Below, one piece after another: positions 12,934 through 20,803 of a DNA stretch of 29,570 nucleotides. Below the pieces are notes generated by a model, which did no database searches, had not been told where the DNA came from, and worked only from the letters and a program-made list of their open reading frames with translations. How positions within the stretch are numbered: position 1 is the stretch's first letter; each line of letters opens with the position of its first letter. Origin of the DNA: a virus (Duplodnaviria; Heunggongvirae; Uroviricota; Caudoviricetes); IMG/VR virus record IMGVR_UViG_2778261297_000001; one strand, given 5' to 3'. A program made the position numbers and the translations under genes.

Positions 12934-13893
12934 TTAATTCACCATCAGTCTTAGAGCCAGTTCTTCCGGATAGGGATCGAAGTAATTCTGTGTAAGCAAG
13001 TAATCATTAGGATACTCACCCAGATAATGCTTCAGCAGAGTCAACGGCGCAAGAAGAGGCAATGTGCCAAAGCGATAGTTAAGTATAACCTCGCTCAACT
13101 CTTTACGCTGGCGTGTACTTAAGTAATTACTAAAATACCCCTGTATATGCATCAGCACATTCGTGTGATTTTTACGTGATGCTGGTTTTCTGAGAATCGC
13201 CATCAGATTATCACGATACACCTCAAAGTATGATTCAAGGTCCGCCCACTCGTGTATTGCAGCCACAAATGGTCCCATATCTTTATAGCCTGCCTGGCTA
13301 TGCGCCAACAACTGAAGCTTATAACGACTATGAAAAGCTAATAACTCTCTTCTTGATAATTTCTCCTTGTAAAGGTGATTGAGCTCATGCAAAGCAAAAA
13401 CTCTTTCAATAAAATTCTCACGAAGCACTGGATCATGTAATCGCCCATCCTCTTCAACCGGTAGCCAGGAAAACTTTTCCATCAAAGTGCTCGTAAATAG
13501 TCCCACTCCATCTTTACGACCTCGATTACCATTTTCATCATAGACACGCACGCGCTCCATGCCACAGCTGGGAGATTTAGCACAAACCACAAACCCCGAT
13601 ACATCCTTTAATTTGTCCATATAAGAACGACTAAACTCTGTCATTCTCTCTGTCACATCCTCATTCTGGTCGTGGCTGAAACACATCCGTATATTTCCTT
13701 GCTTCGAGCGCACAAGTCGTAGAGCAGGACGCGGAACTGGCAGCCCTATAGCCATTTCCGGACATACTGGTCTGAATGTTACCCATTCCACTAATTTGTC
13801 CATTAAAAAGTCATCTCTTTTGTGACCACCATCAAAACGAACAGCAGAACCGCCCAAACAACCGCTGATCCCAATCACAGGTTTTTTTATCAT
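12934..13893 (-). CDS. DUF523 (TudS-like thiouracil desulfidase fold) fused to DUF1722 (YbgA-like) protein, 319 aa
   Basis: N-terminal motifs GISGCLGG..VRFDGG, PVCPE and KSPSCG resemble DUF523/TudS Fe-S ligand motifs; C-terminal half resembles YbgA/DUF1722; domain assignment from memory. Confidence 0.7.
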   Translation of the reverse strand: MIKKPVIGISGCLGGSAVRFDGGHKRDDFLMDKLVEWVTFRPVCPEMAIGLPVPRPALRLVRSKQGNIRMCFSHDQNEDVTERMTEFSRSYMDKLKDVSGFVVCAKSPSCGMERVRVYDENGNRGRKDGVGLFTSTLMEKFSWLPVEEDGRLHDPVLRENFIERVFALHELNHLYKEKLSRRELLAFHSRYKLQLLAHSQAGYKDMGPFVAAIHEWADLESYFEVYRDNLMAILRKPASRKNHTNVLMHIQGYFSNYLSTRQRKELSEVILNYRFGTLPLLAPLTLLKHYLGEYPNDYLLTQNYFDPYPEELALRLMVN

Positions 13894-14085
13894 TTCCTCC
13901 CCCTTGACTAATTCATTAACACATAAACTTTGTAGTGCACGGACTAAATTGCCTTTCTGGCTTCATCACTGACAATTTTTCTGTTATTGACTATTCCTAA
14001 TATAGTAGGAAAGTTCTTTAAGTGATCGGTCGTACTCATCTATCTTTCATACTTACTCTCAACTATCAAAAGTACAGGATTTATT

Positions 14086-14610
14086 ATGAAGTTATGGCCT
14101 GTGTTGACTGGCATTGCACTCTCTTTCACTCTTATAGCATGTAAGGCCCCGACACCACCTAAAGGTGTGCAGCCGATTACAAATTTTGACGCCAACCGCT
14201 ACCTCGGAAAATGGTATGAAATAGCTCGCCTCGAGAACTGGTTCGAACGTGGTCTGGAACAGGTCAGCGCTACTTATGAAAAACGGAACGACGGAGGGAT
14301 TCGCGTACTTAACCGTGGATACGATCCAACGAAAAACAAATGGAGCGAGAGCGAAGGTAAAGCATACTTTACTGGAGATACTAAAACTGCAGCGTTGAAA
14401 GTTTCGTTTTTTGGCCCCTTCTATGGTGGCTATAATGTAATCAAACTGGATGATGAGTATAAGTATGCTCTTGTCAGTGGTCCGAACAGAGAATACCTAT
14501 GGATTCTGGCAAGGACCCAAACTATTCCAGATAATGTAAAAGCAGACTATGTGCGTACCGCTCAAAAGTTGGGATTCAATGTCAATGAACTATTATGGGT
14601 TAAACAATAA
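14086..14610 (+). CDS. Bacterial lipocalin (Blc-like) outer-membrane lipoprotein, 174 aa
   Basis: Signal peptide with lipobox LIAC; lipocalin motifs GKWYEIAR and FFGPFYGGYNVI; about 60 percent identical by eye to E. coli Blc. Confidence 0.85.
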   Translation: MKLWPVLTGIALSFTLIACKAPTPPKGVQPITNFDANRYLGKWYEIARLENWFERGLEQVSATYEKRNDGGIRVLNRGYDPTKNKWSESEGKAYFTGDTKTAALKVSFFGPFYGGYNVIKLDDEYKYALVSGPNREYLWILARTQTIPDNVKADYVRTAQKLGFNVNELLWVKQ

Positions 14611-14636
14611 AATCCCCACCCGAAATGATACTTATT

Positions 14637-14665
14637 AGAAAAAAACCAGCCTTTGGGGAGGCTGG
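14637..14665 (-). terminator. Rho-independent terminator on minus strand about 100 nt downstream of Q (candidate tR')
   Basis: Hairpin CCAGCCT-loop-AGGCTGG followed on minus strand by run of 8 T. Confidence 0.55.
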
Positions 14666-14765
14666 CTAAATCAGGAAACAAGCTGTTATATGATAATAAC
14701 TACGTTGCGATTCCAACATTTAAAATGTTAGACTAATGAAAATCAGACAGCAACTTTTCCTTTAA

Positions 14766-15158
14766 TTATTTCGAACAATCAGCATCCATCTCCAATCGGA
14801 GATCCAACACCATCAGCATGCCCTCCACTACGCCCTCAGCTTTCTGGAGCATCCTGCCAACCCAACAATCAGATCGCCCATGCTTACGTGCAAGCGCCAT
14901 AAAAGTCATGCCGCCGACATAATAGTCCACCAATAAATCATGTAAATCGCTGTTGTTTTTTTTCAGGCGAGCCATACATTCACAAATGATCATCGCGTCA
15001 TCGTCACAGCATTGCGGACGAGATCTTACTTTTGAAGGAATTAATCCCTTAAAACCGGCGGCAATGGACGACCAGGTCACATCTTCATGATTATTAGCCG
15101 CCCATGCCCCCCAACGCTCAAGAACCATCTGAATATCACGCATCAACTTACTCCACAA
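14766..15158 (-). CDS. Late antiterminator Q, small 21/82/933W-type family (about 125-130 aa)
   Basis: Cys-rich Zn-binding region ([17 protein letters not shown]) and overall similarity to small Q proteins of lambdoid Stx-type phages; located immediately upstream of terminator and late genes. Confidence 0.7.
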   Translation of the reverse strand: MWSKLMRDIQMVLERWGAWAANNHEDVTWSSIAAGFKGLIPSKVRSRPQCCDDDAMIICECMARLKKNNSDLHDLLVDYYVGGMTFMALARKHGRSDCWVGRMLQKAEGVVEGMLMVLDLRLEMDADCSK

Positions 15159-15160
15159 AA

Positions 15161-16210
15161 TTAGGCCAGCACACCAATTGCCAGCGCGCGATCGATAAAT
15201 CGAAAAATCAGCTCCAGTTGGGAGCCATACTTCTCTTCAAATGCCACGGTATCCGTATGCAACTCGTCGTGATGCTTTCTGCACAAAGGCAACACAAAGA
15301 GATCATGTGCTTTGGTTCCCATTCCGCCCTGCCCGTGACCAATCAGATGATGCGGATCGTCGGCTGGCATACCGCAGCAAGCACACGGCTGTGTCTTAAC
15401 CCAGCGTGTGTATTTCTCCTTAACCCAACGGTGACGTTTAGGCAGCTTCATGAAAGATTCCGGAGACTCTGGATCAACGGTGATGCTTACCACCGTCTTT
15501 TCTTGTGATGGGTTTTGTTGCTGGTGGGCGTGAGGCAACGGTGCAAGATTTTTTGTGCGCTGTTTCAGTATGCTGGTGGCGGTCTGCTCTCCCGGTACGA
15601 TGTCGCTTTCACGGTACATTGAGCGGATTTTTTCCGCACGCAACCCCAGCGAACGACGTAATACCGCTTCCGGTAGCGCGTCCGCCACCTGATTGCGGAC
15701 CGCCCACCAGGATAATTCAGCCAGAGATAATTCACGCTCCTGCGTACCGCTTATTGCGTGACCGATGACGTCAATCATCCATGCTGACAGGTTTTGATGA
15801 GCTAGTTGCTCGAGTGATTCGGATGTCTGGTCACGCAGCTGGTTGTCGCAGTGCCAGCACAACACCATTGCGCCGGTACCATAACGGTGAATGACGGTTT
15901 CGCTGTGATGATAATCGCCGTGTGGCCACTGGCAGGATTTAATATGGCGCAACAGCCAGTCAGACAATGCACCAGCACCACCAGCAGCACGAATCACCCG
16001 TGCGTTACTGAAAAACGGCAGCAATGTTTTGTCTTCCACCAGCGGCTGGCGAGCGGCAGGAACGACCCCGGACGGCAGATTACGCATGCTTTTCGGTTCC
16101 GGCTCCACCAGTAACCGGGTATTGTGGAATACCGGCATGGGTTCACGGCCCGGCTTAACGATCACCAGCCCGAGTTCCGGTACCAGAACAGGTCGAAGTA
16201 ATACCCGCAC
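15161..16210 (-). CDS. DUF968 protein (YdfU-like, 349 aa) with C-terminal HNH/Zn-ribbon-like motif
   Basis: C-terminal [43 protein letters not shown] cysteine/histidine cluster; nin-region position upstream of Q. Confidence 0.7.
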   Translation of the reverse strand: MRVLLRPVLVPELGLVIVKPGREPMPVFHNTRLLVEPEPKSMRNLPSGVVPAARQPLVEDKTLLPFFSNARVIRAAGGAGALSDWLLRHIKSCQWPHGDYHHSETVIHRYGTGAMVLCWHCDNQLRDQTSESLEQLAHQNLSAWMIDVIGHAISGTQERELSLAELSWWAVRNQVADALPEAVLRRSLGLRAEKIRSMYRESDIVPGEQTATSILKQRTKNLAPLPHAHQQQNPSQEKTVVSITVDPESPESFMKLPKRHRWVKEKYTRWVKTQPCACCGMPADDPHHLIGHGQGGMGTKAHDLFVLPLCRKHHDELHTDTVAFEEKYGSQLELIFRFIDRALAIGVLA

Positions 16211-16211
16211 G

Positions 16212-16490
16212 TTACCTCCAGATGCGTTGCTGGAATGTGCGGGACGGACGCGGTGGGCGTTCGGAGTAAGGAAGCCTGACGGAGATTATCCAGTGACGGT
16301 AGTCGAGGCTAAGGGCTTTTTTAACCTCGCATCCGCGCCTGCGGTAACACTGAATGAGCCATTCGGCCTGTTCTTCAGTGCATGGGGGATGCTGGTACCA
16401 GTCTGACTTAAATGCGTGAGAATACCGCTCGTGCGTGTGGGCAAGAACGGTCGAATTATCATGATTGTAATATTTTGCGTTGCGTGCCAT
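16212..16490 (-). CDS. DUF1364 (YbcO-like) putative nuclease, 92 aa
   Basis: Small Cys/His-rich ORF (..HPPCTEEQAEWLIQCYRRRGCE..) resembling YbcO family; tightly packed between rem-like and DUF968 genes. Confidence 0.6.
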   Translation of the reverse strand: MARNAKYYNHDNSTVLAHTHERYSHAFKSDWYQHPPCTEEQAEWLIQCYRRRGCEVKKALSLDYRHWIISVRLPYSERPPRPSRTFQQRIWR

Positions 16491-16556
16491 CGGTTTTCTC
16501 CGGTGGCACGGTGTTACTCAGCGGGAGTTCAGCCCCGCGCAAGATTGTAGATGAGT

Positions 16557-16808
16557 TTATTCTTCTGAAAAAGCAGAAAAGCCAGCTTTTATTCCGATCT
16601 CTTTCAATGCCTGTAATGAAGTGACAAACTCACCGTCGCGCAAGATAAATCCGTCCGTCACTCGGGCATCCACATAATTAATTAACGCAGCCCCATTTTT
16701 TTGCAAACACACAATGCGGTAATGACTAGCAATATTTCCATTTTCAACGCACACAGCATAGAGGCCATCTTCACAAAAAATTTTACGCAGTTCTTCGATG
16801 TTCATCAT
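16557..16808 (-). CDS. rem: Rem-like small protein (83 aa), function unknown
   Basis: 83-aa ORF MMNIEELRKIFCEDGLYAVCVENGNIASHYRIV..; position downstream of hokD as in Qin. Confidence 0.55.
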   Translation of the reverse strand: MMNIEELRKIFCEDGLYAVCVENGNIASHYRIVCLQKNGAALINYVDARVTDGFILRDGEFVTSLQALKEIGIKAGFSAFSEE

Positions 16809-16924
16809 CAGAATCCTTCCGGATAATTAGCTCTCCCCTTTAAGGGACCATCCCTCTTATCCCTGCGCGCTACTTAAGTATTTTTGATTCTATTCCGGCA
16901 CCATCCAGAACTTCAAATGCGTTG

Positions 16925-16954
16925 AAAATAAAAACAAAAACCCGCCGAAGCGGG
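16925..16954 (-). terminator. Rho-independent terminator downstream of hokD (end of relB-relE-hokD operon)
   Basis: Minus-strand hairpin CCCGCTTCGGCGGG followed by TTTTTGTTTT. Confidence 0.6.
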
Positions 16955-17024
16955 TTAAGTGCGGGTGCGTTGAGGATGCCTGCCACATCAGAGGTGGCGA
17001 GGGATTTCTCACTCGCCGAGTCTC

Positions 17025-17180
17025 TTACTCCTCAGGTTCGTAAGCTGTGAAGACAGCGACCTCCGTCTGGCCGGTTCGGATTCGTACCTCGCAGAGGTCT
17101 TTCCTCGTTACCAGTGCCGTCACTATGACGGTTAAACAGATGACGATCAGGGCGATTAACATCGCCTTTTGCTGCTTCAT
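17025..17180 (-). CDS. hokD: Hok-family membrane toxin HokD/RelF (51 aa)
   Basis: Manual translation MKQQKAMLIALIVICLTVIVTALVTRKDLCEVRIRTGQTEVAVFTAYEPEE; below ORF track threshold. Confidence 0.85.
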   Translation of the reverse strand: MKQQKAMLIALIVICLTVIVTALVTRKDLCEVRIRTGQTEVAVFTAYEPEE

Positions 17181-17251
17181 AGCCTGCTTCTCCTGTCAAC
17201 GCAAAGCAGAAGTGTCACCTTCGGTGCGAAACAGAGATGTCATGCTTTGGT

Positions 17252-17539
17252 TCAGAGAATGCGTTTGACCGCCTCGCTATATACTTCCGAGCGTTCTCTT
17301 TTCCCAACAGAAATCACGAAAACGACAACTTTCTCGTCTATAACCTGGTATACAAGGCGATAGCCTGAAGACCGGAGCTTAATCTTGTAACAATCAGGCA
17401 TACCACGGAGCTTGTTTGCTTCAATCCGGGGTGACTCAAGTACTTCAACCAGCTTCTTTTTCAACTGTTCACGTACCGTCGAGCCCAGCTTTCGCCATTC
17501 CTTTAGTGCCCGCTCGTCAAAATCCAGAAAATACGCCAT
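17252..17539 (-). CDS. relE: RelE mRNA interferase toxin (95 aa)
   Basis: Full-length match from memory to RelE (MAYFLDFDERALKEWRKLGSTVREQLKKKLVEVL..). Confidence 0.92.
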   Translation of the reverse strand: MAYFLDFDERALKEWRKLGSTVREQLKKKLVEVLESPRIEANKLRGMPDCYKIKLRSSGYRLVYQVIDEKVVVFVISVGKRERSEVYSEAVKRIL

Positions 17540-17778
17540 CAGAGTTCATCCAGCGTCACACGTACTGGCTTAGGATTACGAAGCCGTTCTTTCACTATCT
17601 CCACAAGTTCAGCATCTTCATCACTCAGGAGTGTCTGTTTGAACGGCAAGCGTTCATTGTCAGCGATATACTCGAGCATGAGACGAAGCGCTTCAGAAGG
17701 AGTTACACCCATTTTTTCAAGCGCGGCGTAAGAACGCGCTTTAAGTTCATCGTCAATACGCAGGTTAATGCTACCCAT
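17539..17778 (-). CDS. relB: RelB antitoxin (79 aa)
   Basis: Full-length match from memory to RelB; stop overlaps relE start. Confidence 0.92.
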   Translation of the reverse strand: MGSINLRIDDELKARSYAALEKMGVTPSEALRLMLEYIADNERLPFKQTLLSDEDAELVEIVKERLRNPKPVRVTLDEL

Positions 17779-17784
17779 GTCTTA

Positions 17785-17820
17785 CACCTCTTGTAATTAC
17801 AAATGTCATTACAAGTATCG
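17785..17820 (-). promoter_or_regulatory. relBE promoter/operator region (relO) with TTGTAATTACAA-type inverted repeats
   Basis: Palindrome TTGTAATTACAA at 17791-17802 and related ATGTCATTACAAG at 17803-17815 directly upstream of relB start. Confidence 0.6.
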
Positions 17821-18108
17821 CACTACAACATGCTTAGGGCAAGTCACGAAGGAAGTCAGAAAGTAGTCGTAAGAACGGTGATCACTGTCCGCTTTCTGCC
17901 AGGAGCAGCCATTGCTAAGTCCATCCTGTATTGTGCAGGTCAGCTCGTTTTTAAAGAGTCCGGCCATCATCTTACTGGTACAGACACCATATACTTTGTG
18001 ACGGTCAGGCTACATATGCACAACTCAACTTATTCATCTATTTTTTGCTTTAGCATGTCAGTGTTGCTTTCTCGTCGGCGGGTGAGCGGTGACCTGACCT
18101 GTCGATAA
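17803..18108 (+). CDS. YdfV-like hypothetical protein (101 aa); may not be a real gene
   Basis: ORF of the expected length at the expected position between relB and flxA; no recognizable domain; overlaps relBE operator. Confidence 0.3.
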   Translation: MSLQVSHYNMLRASHEGSQKVVVRTVITVRFLPGAAIAKSILYCAGQLVFKESGHHLTGTDTIYFVTVRLHMHNSTYSSIFCFSMSVLLSRRRVSGDLTCR

Positions 18109-18260
18109 AGGAACGTAACACGTTTTATGCAACACCCGCATGCGGCAGAAAATTATTGCCGAACGTTTACCCCTGTCAACAAGCTTTACTTTCTGAGGCG
18201 CGCCAGCCCGCGAGGAAAACAATCTGAACATCAAACAATTAATGACACAAGAAATACGAT

Positions 18261-18287
18261 TAAAGATTTTTTTGTTCATGCCGATAG
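18261..18287 (+). promoter_or_regulatory. Sigma-28 (FliA) class III flagellar promoter of flxA
   Basis: TAAAGATT - 11 nt - GCCGATAG matches FliA consensus TAAAGTTT-N11-GCCGATAA; 24 nt upstream of flxA ATG with AGGAGA RBS. Confidence 0.7.
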
Positions 18288-18310
18288 TGCTTTTTTAAAA
18301 GGAGAAATCT

Positions 18311-18643
18311 ATGTCTGTCACAATTCAGGGAAATACCTCAACCGTTATTTCAAACAACTCCGCCCCGGAAGGAACATCAGAAATAGCCAAAATCACAAGA
18401 CAAATTCAGGTGCTGACTGAAAAGCTTGGGAAAATCTCATCGGAAGAGGGGATGACGACACAGCAGAAAAAAGAAATGGCTGCATTGGTACAGAAGCAAA
18501 TTGAAAGCCTCTGGGCTCAACTGGAGCAGTTGTTAAGGCAGCAGGCAGAGAAAAAGAATGAAGACGCGACAGTTCAGCCTGATAAAAAAGAAGAGAAAAA
18601 AGACGATACAAATACCGCTGGCACCATTGATATTTACGTCTAA
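18311..18643 (+). CDS. flxA: FlxA (FliA-regulated protein, 110 aa)
   Basis: Translation MSVTIQGNTSTVISNNSAPEGTSEIAKITRQIQVLTEKL.. recalled as FlxA. Confidence 0.85.
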   Translation: MSVTIQGNTSTVISNNSAPEGTSEIAKITRQIQVLTEKLGKISSEEGMTTQQKKEMAALVQKQIESLWAQLEQLLRQQAEKKNEDATVQPDKKEEKKDDTNTAGTIDIYV

Positions 18644-18657
18644 GTGACAGCCGTATT

Positions 18658-18682
18658 GTGGCCCTCATCGGGCCACTTTTCG
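18658..18682 (+). terminator. Rho-independent terminator of flxA
   Basis: Hairpin GTGGCCC-TCATC-GGGCCAC followed by TTTTCG, 15 nt after flxA stop. Confidence 0.6.
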
Positions 18683-19079
18683 CCATCAGCCTTTTCTTTA
18701 AAGACATATTATCTTTGTATCATTTCTGATAGTTAACATTACAAGATATAAGTAATGGACGCACTCCCAATTAGTCTATTTAAATCGCCACGAGTTTAAC
18801 TGACAACCCATGATCAATTATGAATTGCAACTATTTCTGTAGTCACTTTTGTGGGGACAGTCCACAAAACTGCCAACTTCCGCTTCTTGCTCTTAGCGGA
18901 CATTAGCATAGGCTATTTACCATAACGCCTCATTACGCGCACCGCCCAGACTGACTCAGCGCGTTTCTGGCATATCCCCGGTAAAACAAGTAACAAACCA
19001 CCCGAAAATGAACACCAGAAACGCGACTTAAGAATCTACCCTATGAATGGATATGCACTCAACCGAATCGATCTTGGTT

Positions 19080-20009
19080 TCAATCTTTTTTATCGGGATC
19101 AGGCTTCTTTTTAGGTAACTTCGGGGGCTTAACTTGCTGATGACTTTGCGTTCGGCGCGTAAGCCAGGGATGGTCAGCTTTAGGTTTAACATAGTATTTT
19201 GAGCGTAAATCAATACGGGCATTATCCACTCGTTCATGGACACTCTTTTCATCATCCAGTGGTATAGGCTCCGGGCCATCAACATACTTTTCCCAGCCCA
19301 GCGCTTTCCCGTCATACAGAACGTTAATTTCACCGTCAAAGTTCTCGCATACAGTAACAACCGAATGCCTAAGTCGATATCCCCGGCTCTCACTGCGTAC
19401 CTGAAACGCACTGCTTTTGTACTGGAAAGTGAGATTTTTAGACAGAACGCGCTTCGCCTGTAGGCTGAAGATATAACCCAGTTCCTCTTCAGAATGGTGC
19501 ACATCAAGATGAGCATTATCAGTAGTACGAGGCGACGTAGCGAACCGGTTGTTATAGGCTTCAATAAAAGTCGGCAACCATGCATTTGCTGTTTCAATAT
19601 CACTGATATTCTGAAGCCGCATTTCTTTGACCAGCCTGTCCTGTAGTGTCTGATTGGCGCGCTCTACCCGCCCTTTTGCCTGCGGGCTGTTGGCATGGAT
19701 TGGCTCGATGCCCAGTGTCTTTATCGCACGAGTGAACTGGGTCAGCTCACCTTCCCGCTCTGGGTTATTTACCCTGAATATACTGTGTCTATCAGAGTAG
19801 AGAGCGAGCGGTACGCCATGATCATTAAGGTAACCCCGGAGGGTTTCCATGTAAGCCCGGGTTGTTTCAGCAGGCACAAAACGCAACGCCATCAACGCAC
19901 TGGTGGCATCATCAATGAAAACGATCAGTGTACATCTGGGGCCTCGATTTTCAAACCAGTCATGAGGTGAGCCATCAATCTGGATCAGTTCACCGTAAGA
20001 TGGTTGATC
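19080..20009 (-). pseudogene. rve (DDE integrase-core) family transposase/integrase fragment, N-terminally truncated
   Basis: DDE signature ..IQIDGSPHDWF.., ..LALYSDRHSIF.., ..SPQAKGRVERANQTLQDRL..; reading frame extends upstream of annotated Met to a stop at 20010-20012 with no HTH domain; GC-richer than flanking prophage DNA. Confidence 0.7.
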
Positions 20010-20386
20010 TTACCCAGCAATAGTGGACACGCGGCTACCCGCGTTAGTAGCTAATCAACAAAGCTAAGGTTAGTAATTAAGGAGTTCTCCACGGGTGAGG
20101 TGGAGTGCGTGCGCCGGACACGGGTGAGCATCCGGCACTGACAGTTTACTGAAAGGATATTTCCCTGAAAAGTCAGACCATAACGCGAAAGCGCACGGCG
20201 AGGTAGCTGGTTCATAGATAGCCTGTCGTTAAATTTTCGTCGACCGTGCGCTTCCGGTTGTGGCAACCCGCGAAATGGCGCGGCGGTAAGTATGGCGGGG
20301 TTATTCCTTCCCCGTTGAGGACACCGGGTTGTCAGGTTGACCATACGCTTAAGTGACAACCCCGCTGCAACGCCCTCTGTTATCAA

Positions 20387-20444
20387 TTTTCTGGTGACGT
20401 TTGGCGGTATCAGTTTTACTCCGTGACTGCTCTGCCGCCCTTTT
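20387..20444 (+). ncRNA. dicF: DicF small regulatory RNA (about 53 nt plus terminator U-tail)
   Basis: Sequence TTTCTGGTGACGTTTGGCGGTATCAGTTTTACTCCGTGACTGCTCTGCCGCCCTTTTT matches DicF from memory, including the UUUCUGGUGACG seed and intrinsic terminator. Confidence 0.75.
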
Positions 20445-20614
20445 TAAAGTGAATTTTGTGATGTGGTGAATGCGGCTGAGCGCACGCGGAACAGTTAAAA
20501 CCAAAAACAGTGTTATGGGTGGATTCTCTGTATCCGGCGTTAATTGTTAACTGGTTAACGTCACCTGGAGGCACCAGGCACTGCATCACAAAATTCATTG
20601 TTGAGGACGCGATA

Positions 20615-20803
20615 ATGAAAACGTTATTACCAAACGTTAATACGTCTGAAGGTTGTTTTGAAATTGGTGTCACTATCAGTAACCCAGTATTTACTGAAGA
20701 TGCCATTAACAAGAGAAAACAAGAACGGGAGCTATTAAATAAAATATGCATTGTTTCAATGCTGGCTCGTTTACGTCTGATGCCAAAAGGATGTGCACAA
20801 TGA
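20615..20803 (+). CDS. dicB: Cell division inhibitor DicB (62 aa)
   Basis: Internal Met of ORF gives MKTLLPNVNTSEGCFEIGVTISNPVFTEDAINKRKQERELLNKICIVSMLARLRLMPKGCAQ; GAGGA RBS upstream. Confidence 0.75.
   Translation: MKTLLPNVNTSEGCFEIGVTISNPVFTEDAINKRKQERELLNKICIVSMLARLRLMPKGCAQ

Noticed and set aside
12537-14085. tRNA genes in the Q-to-S interval (as seen in Stx phages)
   Set aside because: No cloverleaf-compatible sequence with GTTC-type T-loop spotted by eye; would need tRNAscan-SE to exclude
17047-17363. Plus-strand ORFs 17047-17268 and 17169-17363 overlapping hokD and relE
   Set aside because: Antisense to the relBE-hokD operon whose products match known proteins exactly
20051-20386. 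111-aa minus-strand ORF in the GC-rich segment upstream of dicF
   Set aside because: Arg-rich, no domain signature or RBS; more likely a chance open frame in GC-rich structured DNA. It cannot be excluded that it is a decayed piece of the transposase N-terminus.
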